In this document: one piece after another, positions 61,173 through 64,000 of the stretch
Layout of the letters: the number at the start of each line of letters is the position of its first letter
Position numbering within the stretch: position 1 is the stretch's first letter
Source: Acidimicrobiia bacterium
GTDB taxonomy: Bacteria; Actinomycetota; Acidimicrobiia; Acidimicrobiales; Bin134
Reading direction: 5' to 3'
Assembly (NCBI GenBank): GCA_022822905.1
Contig: JAJDYE010000040.1
Span: forward strand, 262-64,261
DNA length: 64,000 bases
Program-made: the position numbers and the translations under genes
Notes under the pieces: generated by a model
What the model was told of the DNA's origin: nothing
The model's database searches: none
Seen by the model: the letters and a program-made list of their open reading frames with translations, nothing else

Positions 61173-62813
61173 GTGAGTGACGTGCCTGACCTCGTTCCGG
61201 CCAGGATGGTCAACGAGTTCGAGTACTGTCCGCGGCTGTTCTACTTGGAGTGGGTCCAGTCTCGCTTCGAGGACAACCCTGACACTGTTGAGGGCCGCTA
61301 TGTCCATCGAAATGTGGATGCCGGTGGGGGGCGCATTGACGGCCCCGGTGAAGACAGCCCGGTGCGCAAGGCGAAGTCAGTCACCGTCAGTTCTGAAGCC
61401 CTGGGGATAATCGCCAAAGCGGACATCATCGAGGGCAAGGGGAACAAGGTCACCCCGGTTGAGGTGAAGCGCGGACGGCCGCCAAAGCATGGCCCCGCGT
61501 GGTCTCCTGAGCTTGTGCAAATCTGCGCCATCGGTCTCATACTCCAGGACAACGGGTATGACTGCTCAGAGGGTCAGATCTTCTTCGCCGAGTCGCGTGA
61601 GCGCGTCAAGGTGCCCTTCGACGAGAAGCTGGTGCAGCAGACCTTGAACGTGCTGGGGGACTTGAAGGAGGTTGCTGGCTCTCCTGACCCGCCGCCTCCG
61701 CTCGTTGACAGCCCCAAGTGCCCTCGATGTTCTCTCGTGGGCATCTGCTTGCCTGACGAGACGAACCTCCTGGCTGACCGGTCGGATGTTCCGCCCCGTC
61801 GCTTGACACCTAGGGATTCTGCGGCCCGACCCCTCTATGTGACAGAGCAGGGAACCAGGATCGGGGTCAGGAAGGGAAGGATCACAGTTTCTCAGCAGAA
61901 GGAGGTTCTCCAAGAGGTCAGGCTGATTGATGTCTCTCAAGTTTCCATTTATGGAAATGTGCAGATCAGTTCCCAGGCAATGCGAGCGATGTTCGATCAG
62001 CAGGTTCCAGTCTGCTGGTTTTCCTACGGTGGGTGGTTCCAGGGTATTGCCCATGGGCTGCCGTCCAAGCACGTTGAGCTTCGGAGGCGTCAGGTTGCTA
62101 TTGCAGCGCAGGCGGGCTTGCCGATAGCCCAAAAGATGATCGAAGGGAAGATCAGGAACTCAAGGACACTGCTGCGACGGAACTCGCGAAGTGAAGTCAA
62201 GCCAACCTTGGAGCAGTTGAAGGCGTTTGCGGATCAGACTGCTGAGGTAGACACTGTCGAATCGCTGCTCGGTGTGGAAGGTGTAGCCGCCCGACTCTAT
62301 TTCTCACAGTTTTCGGTGATGTTGAAGGATGGTTCGTTGGGCTTCTTTGACTTTCAAGGGCGAAATAGAAGACCTCCTAGAGATCCCATAAATTGTCTGC
62401 TTTCCTATGGCTATTCTTTGCTGACAAAAGACCTAACTGCCGTAACGCTGGCTGTGGGGTTTGATCCCTACTTGGGTGTCTTTCACAAGCCGAGATTTGG
62501 ACGTCCCGCGCTGGCTCTTGACCTCGCTGAGGAGTTCCGCCCCCTCATTGCCGACTCAGTTGTGATCAACGTCATCAACAATGGTGAGATTCAGGAGAAA
62601 GGATTCATAGTAAGAGCTCAAGGTGTTGCGCTGACTCAGCAAGGCCGTCGGTCATTCATTGCGGCCTATGAACGCCGTCTTGATCAAGAAGTGACCCATC
62701 CAGTCTATGAGTACAAGATCACCTACCGCCGCGTCCTCGAAGTTCAAGCGCGAATGCTGGGCGCTTACCTGCTTGGCGAGATTCCCGAGTACGTACCGTT
62801 TATGACGAGGTGA
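61173..62813 (+). CDS. cas1: Cas4/Cas1 fusion
   Basis: Cas4: YCPR, PVEVKRG, CPRCSLVGIC; Cas1: LLGVEG, RRPPRDPIN, LDLAEEFR. Confidence 0.93.
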   Translation: MSDVPDLVPARMVNEFEYCPRLFYLEWVQSRFEDNPDTVEGRYVHRNVDAGGGRIDGPGEDSPVRKAKSVTVSSEALGIIAKADIIEGKGNKVTPVEVKRGRPPKHGPAWSPELVQICAIGLILQDNGYDCSEGQIFFAESRERVKVPFDEKLVQQTLNVLGDLKEVAGSPDPPPPLVDSPKCPRCSLVGICLPDETNLLADRSDVPPRRLTPRDSAARPLYVTEQGTRIGVRKGRITVSQQKEVLQEVRLIDVSQVSIYGNVQISSQAMRAMFDQQVPVCWFSYGGWFQGIAHGLPSKHVELRRRQVAIAAQAGLPIAQKMIEGKIRNSRTLLRRNSRSEVKPTLEQLKAFADQTAEVDTVESLLGVEGVAARLYFSQFSVMLKDGSLGFFDFQGRNRRPPRDPINCLLSYGYSLLTKDLTAVTLAVGFDPYLGVFHKPRFGRPALALDLAEEFRPLIADSVVINVINNGEIQEKGFIVRAQGVALTQQGRRSFIAAYERRLDQEVTHPVYEYKITYRRVLEVQARMLGAYLLGEIPEYVPFMTR

Positions 62814-62816
62814 CCC

Positions 62817-63116
62817 ATGGCACAAGGACGCAAGAGGTTCTTGGTGGCGTATGACATCCGTGATCCCAAGCGCCTTCGGAAAGTCCACAAGACGATGGTT
62901 GGCTACGGCTGGTCGATGCAATACAGCGTATTCATCTGCGACCTCGATGCCATGGAGCTGATCGCCATGAAGACCGAACTAGGAGAGATCATCCATCATG
63001 CTGAAGACTCCATTGCTATGATCGACATCGGTGACCCAAGTCAGAGGGGCAGAGACTGCTTCCAGTTCATGGGAGTATCCATCCCCCTGCCGACCAGCGG
63101 CCCAGTCATCCTGTGA
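62817..63116 (+). CDS. cas2: CRISPR-associated endonuclease Cas2
   Basis: LVAYDI.DPKRLRKV, QYSVF. Confidence 0.93.
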   Translation: MAQGRKRFLVAYDIRDPKRLRKVHKTMVGYGWSMQYSVFICDLDAMELIAMKTELGEIIHHAEDSIAMIDIGDPSQRGRDCFQFMGVSIPLPTSGPVIL

Positions 63117-63286
63117 TGCGAGCGCTGAGGTGAGCTGTGAAATAACCGGCAGCGCTCGAAACCGCATGTATCCAAGAGTAATGGCGTTCCTTGACAAGTG
63201 AATACGACCGAGAAAATGCTTCCTAACCATGACCGCTCGCAAAAGCCCGCACACCAGCAGGTCACAGCAGGCGTTTAGAGCGAGGG
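63117..63286 (+). promoter_or_regulatory. CRISPR leader
   Basis: Non-coding, between cas2 and repeat 1; cgagcgct/agcgctcg inverted repeat; TTGACA at 63191. Confidence 0.75.
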
Positions 63287-64000
63287 GTTCGGGGGGTGTA
63301 AAAGCCCCCCCTTCATTGAAGCATGACCACCGACACCGACACCACCCGGCCCGACTGCGGTTCGGGGGGTGTAAAAGCCCCCCCTTCATTGAAGCAGGCC
63401 GTCGCGGCGGGCCTCCCACTGGCGGATGGCGTGTTCGGGGGGTGTAAAAGCCCCCCCTTCATTGAAGCATCGAGGAGTTCTGCGACATCGCCTGGGGCTC
63501 CTGGGTTCGGGGGGTGTAAAAGCCCCCCCTTCATTGAAGCAGGTCGCCGCCGACGGTGAGGCTGTCGGGCAGCGACACCGTTCGGGGGGTGTAAAAGCCC
63601 CCCCTTCATTGAAGCGGCTGACGGCTGCGGTCCGGAACGAGCTGCTCATGCCGGTTCGGGGGGTGTAAAAGCCCCCCCTTCATTGAAGCATCGAGCGCGT
63701 CGGTGATGATCTGGGCCACCTGTTTTTCGTTCGGGGGGTGTAAAAGCCCCCCCTTCATTGAAGCCCCCAGCCCTTTGGCCGGCGCAGGATGCCGCGGCGG
63801 GTTCGGGGGGTGTAAAAGCCCCCCCTTCATTGAAGCGCGGCGTCGACGAACTCGCGCGACGGGTCGGCGACCAGTTCGGGGGGTGTAAAAGCCCCCCCTT
63901 CATTGAAGCCGACAAGCCCACGCGCCCCGGCCGCGTCAGCACGAAGTTCGGGGGGTGTAAAAGCCCCCCCTTCATTGAAGCCAAATTTATTGCGAAATAT
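63287..64000 (+). CRISPR. CRISPR array with 10 identical 36-bp repeats and 9 complete spacers (36-39 bp); may continue past the window
   Basis: GTTCGGGGGGTGTAAAAGCCCCCCCTTCATTGAAGC at 63287, 63360, 63433, 63505, 63580, 63654, 63729, 63801, 63874, 63946. Confidence 0.98.

Noticed and set aside
54008-62813. C-terminal HD in Cas3, Cas4-Cas1 fusion and absence of a separate cas6 as novelties
   Set aside because: All are standard type I-G features.
63323-63945. Self-targeting spacers within the window
   Set aside because: No match noticed by eye; needs blastn to exclude properly.
63229-63984. ORFs with repeated MKGGLLHPPN / GGCKSPPFIEA
   Set aside because: These are translations of the CRISPR repeats.

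Overview
High-GC actinobacterial chromosome segment. Gene content (Calx-beta and FN3 surface proteins, three luciferase-like (LLM) oxidoreductases, ltp3/ltp4-like sterol genes, TauD, RM, many TA modules, CRISPR) suggests an Acidimicrobiia-type, possibly sponge-associated organism; this is inference. Core regions encode amtB, larE, a liv-type ABC transporter, glnD, opp-type ATPases, tandem amidohydrolases plus a Rieske oxygenase, a reductive pyrimidine catabolism cluster with an LLM and ABC transporter, and a sterol/fatty-acyl catabolism block. Accessory inserts are an HTH-MT-A70/BglII-type RM pair, an FN3 protein with an AT-rich lysozyme-like C-terminus plus an AT-rich partner lipoprotein, MazEF, a cluster of antitoxins and antitoxin fragments, and a complete type I-G (I-U) CRISPR-Cas locus whose array runs to the window end. 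The best observations are: an ArsC with in-frame UGA at the Cys12 position plus a SECIS-like hairpin (missed by the ORF track); the FN3/lysozyme-like effector-partner cassette with a frameshifted signal peptide; a degenerate solitary CRISPR repeat upstream of cas3; and an RBS-sequestering hairpin ahead of cas4-cas1. All alignments and folds were done by eye.
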